Positions 16,266 to 25,078 of a stretch of DNA of 26,936 bases are shown one piece after another (position 1 is the first letter of the stretch; the number at the start of each line of letters is the position of its first letter). The stretch comes from a virus (lineage: Duplodnaviria > Heunggongvirae > Uroviricota > Caudoviricetes), in the IMG/VR virus record IMGVR_UViG_2660238215_000003; one strand, written 5' to 3'. A program made the position numbers and the translations under genes. The notes beneath the pieces are model-generated. The model worked only from the letters and a program-made list of their open reading frames with translations, did no database searches and was not told the DNA's origin.

Positions 16266-18243
16266 AACTATTAAAGATTTCCTCGTCTCGCTTGGCTTCA
16301 GTGTGGATGATGCAGGAGCGAAAAAGTTCGGTTCTGTCCTCTCCGGTACAACTGCAAATGTCATCAAAATGGGGCTGGCTGTTGAAGGATCTGCGCTGTC
16401 CGTGGTGGCCTTCACGGCTAAGATCGCCTCCGGTCTGGATAATCTCTACTGGGCGTCACAGCGCACCGGCGCGACGGTTCAGGGGATTCAGTCTATTGGC
16501 TATGCGGTTTCGCAGGTTGGCGGCAGCGTGGACGCTGCGCGCGGGTCACTGGAGAGCCTTGCCCGTTTTATCCGTAATAACCCCGGGGCTGAGGGATTTC
16601 TGAATCGTCTGGGGGTACAGACACGGGATGCCAGCGGTAACATGCGTGACATGGCCGCTATTTTTACAGGTGTAGGACAGAAGCTCAGCGGCATGCCGTA
16701 TTACCGGGCTAACCAGTATGCGCAGATGCTGGGCATTGACGAAAATACCCTTATGGCGATGCGCCGGGGTGTGGGTGGTTTCTCCGGGCAGTACAGCGCA
16801 ATGGCGAAAGCTATCGGCTTCAATGCTGACGAGGCGGCCAGAAGCTCCAACAAATTTATGACCTCCCTGCGTGAGTTTGGCGCGATGGCAGGCATGGCCC
16901 GTGACAAAATCGGCTCTAATCTTGCGGGTGGGCTTGCGGGTTCGCTGGACACTCTGCGCCGCCATATCCTGGACAACTTCCCGCGTATCGAGCAGACCCT
17001 GACGAAAGCCATAAAAGGCATTCTGGCGCTCGGGGATATTATCGGGCGGCTGTTCTTCAGACTGATTGAAGGAACATCAGGCCTCATCACCTGGTGGCAA
17101 TCGCTGGATAAGCAAACGCGGGAGCTCATCTCGCTGTTTGGCGCGCTGACGATTGCGCTGCGCATTCTGAACAGTACGTTCTGGATGTCGCCGATTGGCC
17201 TCATTACCGCGCTGGCGGCGGGGATTGCCCTTCTGTGGGAGGACTATCAGACCTGGAAGGAAGGCGGCGACAGCCTGATTGACTGGGGCAAGTGGAAGCC
17301 GGAGGTCGATGCCGCGCTGAAGATGGTTCGTGACCTGAAAGGGTCTGTTAATGAACTGGCGAAAGCGCTGGCGAAACTGCTCAATATTGACCCCAAATCA
17401 TGGTCCCTGAAGTGGGATTTCAGCAACTTCATCGACCAGATGGGCGAATTCAGCAAAATGCTGAACATGATCGCCGACCTGCTCAACGCTATCAAAGATG
17501 GCCGCTGGGCTGATGCAGTCAGCATCAGCAAACAGATACTTAATCAGGGCAGCGAAAATCCGTCAGCGATGCCGATGGTTACAGACAGCGCTAACAGTAC
17601 TGCCGACTGGATTAAAGAGCACTGGGGATTCGATCCTCGCAGCGTGGGCCGGACGGTACGCGGCTGGTTTGGTGATGATGAGCCGGAACAATATGCACAG
17701 GCTACGAAACGAGGAGAACGGAATAACAATCCGGGAAACCTTAATTTTGCTGGTCAGGCAGGGGCTTCTCTTGAACGCCCGGGCGGGCGATTTGCCAGAT
17801 TTGAAACTGCTTTTGATGGATTACGGGCTCTTGCTCGTCAGTTAATGTTGTACGCCGGACGTGGAATAAACAGCGTGGAGAAAATTATCTCTACCTGGGC
17901 ACCTGCGTCTGATAATAACAACACAACTGCGTATATCAGGGCTGTATCGCAACGACTGGGAGTGGATCCCCGGGCTACCCTGAATATGAGCGATCCGCAA
18001 ACCATGTCAGCATTGATGAGCAGTATTATCCAGCATGAAAATGGAAGAAATATCTATTCTCGAGAGCTGATTAATAAGGCTGCCGTGGCAGGAATTAGTG
18101 GCAAAGTGACAGAGGTTAACCAGCAAAATACTTACCACATTTACGGTGGCGGAGATCCGCACGCTGTCGGTAATGAGGTTGCACGTCGGCAACAGTCTGC
18201 AAATGCTCAGGTCATGCGAAGTAATCAGGTGAGGGTGGGTTAG
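16255..18243 (+). CDS. Tail tape measure protein
   Basis: Long ORF after the chaperone pair with hydrophobic central segments; ATG at 16255 with GGAGAGAGG SD (the ORF track starts at an upstream TTG, 16234). Confidence 0.8.
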   Translation: MNAETIKDFLVSLGFSVDDAGAKKFGSVLSGTTANVIKMGLAVEGSALSVVAFTAKIASGLDNLYWASQRTGATVQGIQSIGYAVSQVGGSVDAARGSLESLARFIRNNPGAEGFLNRLGVQTRDASGNMRDMAAIFTGVGQKLSGMPYYRANQYAQMLGIDENTLMAMRRGVGGFSGQYSAMAKAIGFNADEAARSSNKFMTSLREFGAMAGMARDKIGSNLAGGLAGSLDTLRRHILDNFPRIEQTLTKAIKGILALGDIIGRLFFRLIEGTSGLITWWQSLDKQTRELISLFGALTIALRILNSTFWMSPIGLITALAAGIALLWEDYQTWKEGGDSLIDWGKWKPEVDAALKMVRDLKGSVNELAKALAKLLNIDPKSWSLKWDFSNFIDQMGEFSKMLNMIADLLNAIKDGRWADAVSISKQILNQGSENPSAMPMVTDSANSTADWIKEHWGFDPRSVGRTVRGWFGDDEPEQYAQATKRGERNNNPGNLNFAGQAGASLERPGGRFARFETAFDGLRALARQLMLYAGRGINSVEKIISTWAPASDNNNTTAYIRAVSQRLGVDPRATLNMSDPQTMSALMSSIIQHENGRNIYSRELINKAAVAGISGKVTEVNQQNTYHIYGGGDPHAVGNEVARRQQSANAQVMRSNQVRVG

Positions 18244-18830
18244 TGGATATTCTCTCTACACTTTTTCATCAGCAGAGCAGAAAAATAGGAATGATTGTTC
18301 CCAGTGTTGTTATTTCAGAGAAGCATACAGATATGCTTGAAATAACAGAGCATCCGGTAGAGGTCGGGGCCGCTGTCGCTGATCATGCCTATAAAAAACC
18401 GTCAGAAGTGGTGATGGAGGTTGGTTTCGCCGGTGGCGGCGCATTGCTGGATTTTGCCAGTAATCTGACGGCTACCAGCCTGCTCGGCCTGAGTCCTCAG
18501 CAGACGTATCAGGAGCTACTGGATCTGCAGGAAAGCCGTATCCCCTTCGATGTGGTAACCGGTAAACGACTGTACAGCAACATGTTGATCCGGGCGCTGG
18601 AAGTGACGACGGACAAGACAACCGAAAACGTCCTGTCCGCCGTCCTCACCCTGAGGGAGGTCCTTATCTCCCGGACACAGCAGATTACCGTCGCGGATAA
18701 AACCAACATGAAGGAAGGGGCCAGCACGTCGGCGGTACAGAATAGCGGCAACAAAACCACAAAGCCTCCAGATACTTCACTGCTGAAAAGCATCACGGGT
18801 AACGTGGCGTCATTACTGGGAGGCGGCTAA
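18243..18830 (+). CDS. Hypothetical tail protein
   Basis: GTG start overlapping the tape measure stop (TAGTG); 195 aa; in the tail module. Confidence 0.55.
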   Translation: MDILSTLFHQQSRKIGMIVPSVVISEKHTDMLEITEHPVEVGAAVADHAYKKPSEVVMEVGFAGGGALLDFASNLTATSLLGLSPQQTYQELLDLQESRIPFDVVTGKRLYSNMLIRALEVTTDKTTENVLSAVLTLREVLISRTQQITVADKTNMKEGASTSAVQNSGNKTTKPPDTSLLKSITGNVASLLGGG

Positions 18831-19132
18831 TGACAATTCAGGAAATTCCGCTGACAGCGGACAACCAGCAGTTCAGCATCGTCCTGGGTGGTGTCACCTG
18901 GCGGATTAGCATCATATGGCGCGATCCTTACTGGATTATGGACCTGCAGAACGACAGAGGGGAGCCGGTAATCTCCGGTATTCCTCTCGTCACTGGCGCT
19001 GATCTGCTGGCGCAGTACGCCTGTATGGGACTTGGTTTTAAGCTGTTGGTGGTCTGCGATGACAACATACAGGATTATCCCACGAAAACTGACCTGGGCG
19101 GCCGCAGTCATTTACTGGTATCAACGGAGTAA
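18830..19132 (+). CDS. Hypothetical tail protein (100 aa)
   Basis: ATG overlapping the upstream stop (TAATG), GGAGG SD. Confidence 0.55.
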   Translation: MTIQEIPLTADNQQFSIVLGGVTWRISIIWRDPYWIMDLQNDRGEPVISGIPLVTGADLLAQYACMGLGFKLLVVCDDNIQDYPTKTDLGGRSHLLVSTE

Positions 19133-19134
19133 GC

Positions 19135-20199
19135 ATGTCACAGAACTGGATGAGACATTTCGAGCTGCAGCTTGTGGACGGGAACGGTCAGGGAATTGAG
19201 CTAAGTGATTTCAAAGTCACCTTTACGATCGACTGGTTCAACATCAGCAGCGCGTCCCGGGTAGGGACTATCAAAATTTATAACCTCTCGGCAGATACTG
19301 TGAACCGAATCACCGGGAAGGAATTTTCGAAAGTGCGGCTGATTGCCGGTTACGACGGTATCGCGCCGGAGGTGGCGGCAAGCGACGTCGGGACCGTGCG
19401 CGAAGTCGACGCGGCAGATGTGGGCCAGAGTGATGGCCGCAACTACGGGCTGATTTTCAGCGGAGAAATTCGCTACTCGGTCACAGGAAAAGACAGCCCT
19501 ATTGATTCCTATGTCCTGATTCAGGCAGCAGATACGGATCTGGCATTTGCCACCAGTATAACCTCACAGACGCTGGCTGCCGGTTACACGGTCGCTGATG
19601 TGAACCGTGCGCTGATGAAAGACTTCGAAGCCAAAGGCGCGACCGAAGGCCTGACGCCTGAAATGCCTGCTACTGTATTCCCCCGGGGGCGGGTGCTCTT
19701 TGGCATGACGCGGCATCTTATGGATAACGTAGCCGGGCAATGTGGCGCAACATGGCAATTCGTGGACGGTCAACGCCAGATGGTGGCGAATAACGAATAT
19801 GTTCATGAAGCGATTGTGCTCAACAGCGCCACCGGGCTTATCAGCATGCCGCAGCAGACTATCGGCAACGGCGTAAACGTCCGCGCGCTTATTAATCCGA
19901 ACATCCGGGTTAATGGGCTCATTCAACTGGATCAGGCTTCCGTATATCGCACCGCGTTGTCGAACAACGATATTGCGATGGCTGGTGGGCAGATCACCGA
20001 CCAGAACACGGACGGAAATATCACGCTAAGCGGCACCACAGCACAACCTGCCAGCATCGCAACGGATGGCGTTTATATTGTGCGCGGGATTATGTACACT
20101 GGCGATACAAGGGGCCAGGCGTGGTACATGGATATGATGTGCGAAGCGCGTGGCGCGGCGGATCTTCAAAGTCAAGGAGCAATGAATCGGTGGGGATAA
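19135..20199 (+). CDS. Tail/baseplate hub-like protein (Mu gpP-like position)
   Basis: 354 aa, GGAG SD; sits between tape measure-associated genes and the baseplate V-like gene. Confidence 0.55.
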   Translation: MSQNWMRHFELQLVDGNGQGIELSDFKVTFTIDWFNISSASRVGTIKIYNLSADTVNRITGKEFSKVRLIAGYDGIAPEVAASDVGTVREVDAADVGQSDGRNYGLIFSGEIRYSVTGKDSPIDSYVLIQAADTDLAFATSITSQTLAAGYTVADVNRALMKDFEAKGATEGLTPEMPATVFPRGRVLFGMTRHLMDNVAGQCGATWQFVDGQRQMVANNEYVHEAIVLNSATGLISMPQQTIGNGVNVRALINPNIRVNGLIQLDQASVYRTALSNNDIAMAGGQITDQNTDGNITLSGTTAQPASIATDGVYIVRGIMYTGDTRGQAWYMDMMCEARGAADLQSQGAMNRWG

Positions 20200-20201
20200 G
20201 A

Positions 20202-20666
20202 TTGAATAAGAAAGCCATTTTTATTGCAATAAGTTTACTTGTTCCGATGTCGGGATTAGCCGCTCCTGGGAAGTATGAAAAAATGGCTGTTGATTTAATG
20301 GATCAGCAAAAGTTTACGCAGTGGCAACATTACGCCTCTGCTACTCCTTTTTTCGCTATGAATGGTCGCAGATTCGCCATGACCATTGATGATTTCGCGG
20401 ATATAGTCAGCAACTCCTTTCAAGGATGCGAAGATCTGGATGCCTACACCAATCGGAAAGGAACTACGGATGATTGTAAGTCCTATGTTTACAAAGGCAT
20501 AAAGGAGTGGGTAAACCTCTCTCAAGATAAGTCTGTTAGCGATACAGCATGGAAAATGGGCCAGCGCTATGCCTTCAACACACGTAATCCTATTGCCCAT
20601 AAAAACGCATGGGATTTCAATGGGATGGCGGCCGGTATTCGCGTTGCTAAATCTCAAGGTTATTAA
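20202..20666 (+). CDS. Hypothetical secreted (signal-peptide) moron protein, TTG start predicted
   Basis: In-frame TTG at 20202 gives NKKAIFIAISLLVPMSGLAA-P: basic n-region, hydrophobic core, Ala-x-Ala-like cleavage context. The ORF track start at 20121 lies inside the upstream gene. AT-rich; no recognisable virion family. Confidence 0.5.
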   Translation: MNKKAIFIAISLLVPMSGLAAPGKYEKMAVDLMDQQKFTQWQHYASATPFFAMNGRRFAMTIDDFADIVSNSFQGCEDLDAYTNRKGTTDDCKSYVYKGIKEWVNLSQDKSVSDTAWKMGQRYAFNTRNPIAHKNAWDFNGMAAGIRVAKSQGY

Positions 20667-20872
20667 GTCATGGATGCGCCGAAAATCATCGGATCTTTCC
20701 CTTGTAAAAAAGTGGCTGGGTGAAGGTGACCTGAAATTCGTAACGCCTGAAAAACAACAAAATGTGCTCTAAAAACTGTTGTTTTTTGAGACGAGCGATT
20801 ACACTGCACTGACTTTTTGATGGTGGATTGCCATCGATATGCTACTTCATTAAAGCCAGGAATAACTAAAAC

Positions 20873-21604
20873 ATGAGTTTAGCGCAGCCAAAATCAGGAG
20901 AACTGTTAGATCTTCTGACTCCTTCATTAACTAAGGGTGAAAACCTTCTGAGTGAGTTTGAAATCCATCGAATCATTCGTGAAGCGAAGAAACTACCTGA
21001 ACGTTATCAGGGGCTATCAATTGAAGGCTTAGCTAAGCTTGTTCTTGGTGAAATAGATGAAGGATGTTCACTCTGTGAGCGGGGGTTGAGAATAGCGCCT
21101 AACGATCCAGTTTCTTTTTGTAACTATACGATTGCGCTGCGTAACTTAGGTTTGCATGCTCGCCAGTATGTGATGATTCAGAAAGCATCTGATTCACTTA
21201 ATCCAACGATATTGGCTGAGGTTGCTACAATTTCTGCATACTGGGTTGATATCGATTTGCTTGAAAAGGTGATGCCGATGCTAACTGCAATGGAAGTACC
21301 GCGCCCTGAAGATATGGGCAAATGGTATGACACGCTCAATTATCTGCATACCCAAAAAGATCATGCTCAGGAGCTAAAAACTATTGGGCGGCTCATGATG
21401 AACGTTGCAGAAAAGTACCGCGCTCGTCTTGCTGGCGCTCATGCTTTTTATGTAATGTCAGAACTTGATACGCTGTTCGTTGAAGTCAAAACAGACGATC
21501 CAGTGCTTCTTTCGCAGATGAATAATGCCTTGGCTGATGAGATTATTATTGCGGGGCTTGCGGATTCAGAATGCGTCGGATGCTTTGAAGCCGGGGAACT
21601 CTAA
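20873..21604 (+). CDS. Hypothetical protein, gene 1 of a two-gene accessory cassette (243 aa)
   Basis: ATG with AGGAA SD after a ~200 nt non-coding leader; AT-rich; stop overlaps the start of the next gene. Confidence 0.65.
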   Translation: MSLAQPKSGELLDLLTPSLTKGENLLSEFEIHRIIREAKKLPERYQGLSIEGLAKLVLGEIDEGCSLCERGLRIAPNDPVSFCNYTIALRNLGLHARQYVMIQKASDSLNPTILAEVATISAYWVDIDLLEKVMPMLTAMEVPRPEDMGKWYDTLNYLHTQKDHAQELKTIGRLMMNVAEKYRARLAGAHAFYVMSELDTLFVEVKTDDPVLLSQMNNALADEIIIAGLADSECVGCFEAGEL

Positions 21605-22032
21605 TGTCGGTTGAGCATACCTGTTTTCTTGAATTGGCTAAGCATTCCCTGGCTCTAAACGGTGAGATGTGGACGAGAAATGCTATTAGCCGAGCATACT
21701 ATGGTATGTACCATTCCGCCTTACGGATCACCAACAATCTGGTACCGACCGCTACACAAGATGGTGAAAAACTAAAAGGTGGAGTTCACATGCGAGTCTA
21801 TACGGCCTTTTGTAGTGGTGAGGCAGCTGCACTTAACGATGTTGATGTTAACGCAGTAAAGAAAATCGGCGTTAAACTGAAAATGACGCATGCCCAACGT
21901 GTTAATTCTGATTACAAGCTTGAGCGGAAAATCAACCGGATTACCGCGAGAAGTGTAATTCTGGATGCGGAAGAGGTCGATGCAATCGTTAATCAATTAC
22001 TGAAGATTGGTGATGACTCGTTAACTGCATAA
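21604..22032 (+). CDS. Hypothetical protein, gene 2 of the two-gene cassette (142 aa), possible HEPN-like helix
   Basis: ATG overlapping the upstream TAA (TAATG), GGGGA SD; N-terminal helix SRAYYGMYHSALR contains an R-x6-H arrangement; followed by a strong terminator. Confidence 0.65.
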   Translation: MSVEHTCFLELAKHSLALNGEMWTRNAISRAYYGMYHSALRITNNLVPTATQDGEKLKGGVHMRVYTAFCSGEAAALNDVDVNAVKKIGVKLKMTHAQRVNSDYKLERKINRITARSVILDAEEVDAIVNQLLKIGDDSLTA

Positions 22033-22053
22033 GCTGAAATTTCTCAAAATTCA

Positions 22054-22078
22054 AACCCGCCACTTGGCGGGTTTTTTG
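22054..22078 (+). terminator. Intrinsic terminator ending the two-gene cassette
   Basis: Stem AACCCGCC / GGCGGGTT with loop ACTT followed by TTTTTT. Confidence 0.8.
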
Positions 22079-22096
22079 CTTTCTGGAGCCTACTAA

Positions 22097-22849
22097 ATGG
22101 CAGTATCTGACCAGACCCGCAGCGGCGACCTTGCCGAAACATTTAAATCTGAACGGGAAACAACAAAGAACCAGATCCGTGTCGCCTTGCCTGGCATTGT
22201 TCAGTCATTCGCTCCTGATGCGGTGACGGCGGTTGTACAGCCTGCTATCCGTTACGTTGAAATTGATAACGACGGCAACCGCATTACCAAAAATTACCCA
22301 TTGCTGGTGGATGTGCCAGTGGTATTCCCGCGTGGCGGAGGCTGTACGCTAACGTTTCCAGTTAAAGCCGGTGATGAATGTTTGGTGATTTTTGCCGATC
22401 GTTGTATTGATTTCTGGTGGCAGAGTGGCGGGATACAGGAGCCGGTCGATGACAGAATGCATGATTTATCGGATGCGTTTTGTATTGTCGGTCCCCAGTC
22501 GCAGGCAAGGAAGATTAGCGGTATTAATACCAGTGCCACACAGTTGCGTAGTGATGACGGCAGCACCTATTTTGAGCTTAATCCTGATACCAGGAAAATT
22601 AAAATTGTCGCTCCGGGGGGCCTTGATGTGGTTGCCCCTCTGGCTGATTTTTCTGAGAAAGTAACCATTCATGGCCTGTTAACCTGGATGGGAGGCATGG
22701 TGGGGTCTGTTGTTTCTGGTGTGGCTTCAAAAATCACTGGTGCTGTTGAGTTTTTGGGTAGCGTGAAGGCTAACGGCAAGCCAATCGATGATACGCACAC
22801 TCATGGTGGTGTTCAGCGCGGTGGAAGCAATACCGACGGAGTAAACTGA
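22097..22849 (+). CDS. Baseplate assembly protein V-like (spike/hub)
   Basis: 250 aa, GGAG SD; followed by W-, J- and I-like genes in P2/Mu order. Confidence 0.7.
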   Translation: MAVSDQTRSGDLAETFKSERETTKNQIRVALPGIVQSFAPDAVTAVVQPAIRYVEIDNDGNRITKNYPLLVDVPVVFPRGGGCTLTFPVKAGDECLVIFADRCIDFWWQSGGIQEPVDDRMHDLSDAFCIVGPQSQARKISGINTSATQLRSDDGSTYFELNPDTRKIKIVAPGGLDVVAPLADFSEKVTIHGLLTWMGGMVGSVVSGVASKITGAVEFLGSVKANGKPIDDTHTHGGVQRGGSNTDGVN

Positions 22850-23202
22850 TGCGATACAGACGTGAAGACGCCGATGGCGATTACACCTTTGGCAGCGGTG
22901 ATGACACCTGGCTGATTAACTCGCCTGAGGCCGTAGCGCAGGCTGTGAAAACGCGATTCGAATTGTGGTATGGGCAATGGTTTCTTGATACCACAGAGGG
23001 AACACCGTGGATCCAGTCCGTGCTGGGCAGGCAAAAACCAGAAACTTACAACCTGGCGATCCGTAAGCGCATCCTCGAAACGCAGGGCGTTAAATCAATC
23101 CTCTCTTTCAATACGACGGTGGATACCACGACCCGACGTGTCATGTTTTCCGCTGAAATCGACACTCTCTATGGAATAACGACTGTTACATCGGAGGCGT
23201 AA
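22849..23202 (+). CDS. Baseplate wedge protein, gpW/gp25-like
   Basis: 117 aa, size and position between the V-like and J-like genes; start overlaps the upstream stop. Confidence 0.65.
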   Translation: MRYRREDADGDYTFGSGDDTWLINSPEAVAQAVKTRFELWYGQWFLDTTEGTPWIQSVLGRQKPETYNLAIRKRILETQGVKSILSFNTTVDTTTRRVMFSAEIDTLYGITTVTSEA

Positions 23203-24401
23203 TGGCTCTGAACCTTGATTCTCTCGGTTTATCTGCAAAGGTAACCGCGGAGGGGATCAGTGCGCCTGATTATCAGACGATACTCAGCACCCTGATTAGC
23301 TATTTTCAGCAGATTTATGGCAGTGATGCCTACCTCGAACCGGACAGCAAAGACGGCCAGATGGTGGCTCTGATGGCGCTGGCGATTCATGATGCCAATA
23401 ATATGGCGATAACTGTCTACAACTGTTTTTCACCGGCAACCGGCTATGGGGCTGCACTGACCAGTAACGTGAAAATAAATGGTATTTCACGTAAAGGCGC
23501 GACGAACTCTACGGTTGATTTGCTTCTTACAGGAACTGCCGGAACAACCATCATTAATGGCAGCGTGAAAGACAGTAATAATGTGATATGGCGTTTGCCT
23601 GCTTCAGTGGTGGTCGGCGTGGATGGTACAGTGATGGCGACCGCAACATGTTCCGTCAGTGGTGCAGTGGCGGCGCTGGCTGGAACTATCACTGAAATTA
23701 ATACGCCAACCCGTGGCTGGGTTTCGGTAACTAATCCTGCTGCGGCTACTGTTGGCTCTCCGGCAGAAACTGATGCTGAGTTACGTATCCGCCAGTCGCA
23801 AAGTGTTGCGTTGCCATCAATAACCCCATTTGAAGCACTGGATGGTGCTGTTTCTAATGTTACCGGTGTAACCCGCCACAAACTCTATGAAAACGATACT
23901 GGTTCGGAGGACGGTAACGGGTTACCGCCACACTCTGTTGCTGTAATTGTGGATGGCGGTGATGTGACGGATATTGCTCAGGCTATCAGAGGGAATAAAG
24001 GCCAGGGGACAGCCACTCACGGTACAACATCCGTTACGGTTCCGGATAAATACGGCAATCCCCATGTAATCAAATTCTCGCGTTCCAGTGATGTACCTGT
24101 TTATGCCCGGATTAAATTAAAAGTTTTTACGGGTTATACCTCACAGATAGGGCAGCAGATCCAGCAGGCTATTTCCGACTATATCAATAGTCTGATGATT
24201 GGTGATTCGGTCCTTTTAAGTCGCATTTACTCACCGGCGAATCTTGGCGTGGTGAGTGGCGGGAATGCACGCTATTACGATATTCAGGAACTGACGATTG
24301 GGAAATCCCCGGGGGCTTTGTCGTCATCAAACATTGATATCAGATACAACGAATCTGCGTCCTGTACACCGGAAAATATCGTTATAACGGTGGAGTCATG
24401 A
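23202..24401 (+). CDS. Baseplate J-like protein
   Basis: 399 aa, GGAGG SD, position after the gpW-like gene. Confidence 0.7.
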   Translation: MALNLDSLGLSAKVTAEGISAPDYQTILSTLISYFQQIYGSDAYLEPDSKDGQMVALMALAIHDANNMAITVYNCFSPATGYGAALTSNVKINGISRKGATNSTVDLLLTGTAGTTIINGSVKDSNNVIWRLPASVVVGVDGTVMATATCSVSGAVAALAGTITEINTPTRGWVSVTNPAAATVGSPAETDAELRIRQSQSVALPSITPFEALDGAVSNVTGVTRHKLYENDTGSEDGNGLPPHSVAVIVDGGDVTDIAQAIRGNKGQGTATHGTTSVTVPDKYGNPHVIKFSRSSDVPVYARIKLKVFTGYTSQIGQQIQQAISDYINSLMIGDSVLLSRIYSPANLGVVSGGNARYYDIQELTIGKSPGALSSSNIDIRYNESASCTPENIVITVES

Positions 24402-25078
24402 GCAAATACACCGAACTGATCACGAACTACCACGCCACCAAACCTAAATTTCTTGCACATGTTGATCTGATGACCCGGCCGCTTATTGATGTTGCGGCTG
24501 CCACCAGAGGGCTGATTACTGCATTTGATATTGACTCTGCGGTTGGTGTGCAACTTGACATTCTTGGATTGTGGATCGGACGTAGCCGTGTTGTCAGCCA
24601 GCCTATCTCAGGTGTCTATTTCAGCTGGGATACCGACGGGCTTGGATATGATCAGGGTGTATGGCAGGGGCCATACGATCCTGATTCCGGATACATGTAC
24701 CTCAGCGATGAAACTTATCGTGTCATCCTTAAAGCGAAGATTGCGATTAATAACTGGGACGGACGGAATGATTCGCTTCCAGCAATTCTTGACGCGGCGA
24801 CAGCAGGATCCGGACTGCGAATGCAGATAGTCGATAACCAGGACATGACGATATCGGTCTGGCTCTTTCCTGATACTGATATTTCAGATGTATCGCGTGA
24901 GTTAATTGCTGCAATTAAACAGGGATATCTCACAGTAAAAGCCGCCGGGGTTTGGGCGGGTGGCATTGAAACACCTTCGGTGGAAACTCCATCGGAAGGT
25001 TCAAAATTTTTTGGTTTTGATATGGATAACGAATTCATCAGTGGTTTTGATGTAGGGGCATGGGGAGTATTACTCTGA
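24398..25078 (+). CDS. Tail protein I-like (DUF2313/YmfQ-like)
   Basis: 226 aa, 4-nt overlap with the J-like gene; directly precedes the tail fibre gene. Confidence 0.6.
   Translation: MSKYTELITNYHATKPKFLAHVDLMTRPLIDVAAATRGLITAFDIDSAVGVQLDILGLWIGRSRVVSQPISGVYFSWDTDGLGYDQGVWQGPYDPDSGYMYLSDETYRVILKAKIAINNWDGRNDSLPAILDAATAGSGLRMQIVDNQDMTISVWLFPDTDISDVSRELIAAIKQGYLTVKAAGVWAGGIETPSVETPSEGSKFFGFDMDNEFISGFDVGAWGVLL

Noticed and set aside
16546-17204. Minus-strand ORFs (139 and 167 aa) inside the tape measure gene
   Set aside because: Antisense to a long, coherent tape measure ORF; typical GC-rich antisense artefacts with no SD.
20121-20201. N-terminal 27 codons of the 181-aa ORF in the track
   Set aside because: They lie inside the upstream gene in another frame; the signal-peptide logic supports a TTG start at 20202.
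20750-20787. A/T-rich inverted repeat with T-run as a terminator after the secreted-protein gene
   Set aside because: The stem is almost entirely A-T with a 17-nt loop; too weak to call a terminator, so noted only as a possible boundary.
23444-23881. 145-aa minus-strand ORF inside the baseplate J-like gene
   Set aside because: Antisense artefact; Ala/Val/Thr-rich low-complexity translation; the sense gene fits the baseplate gene order.
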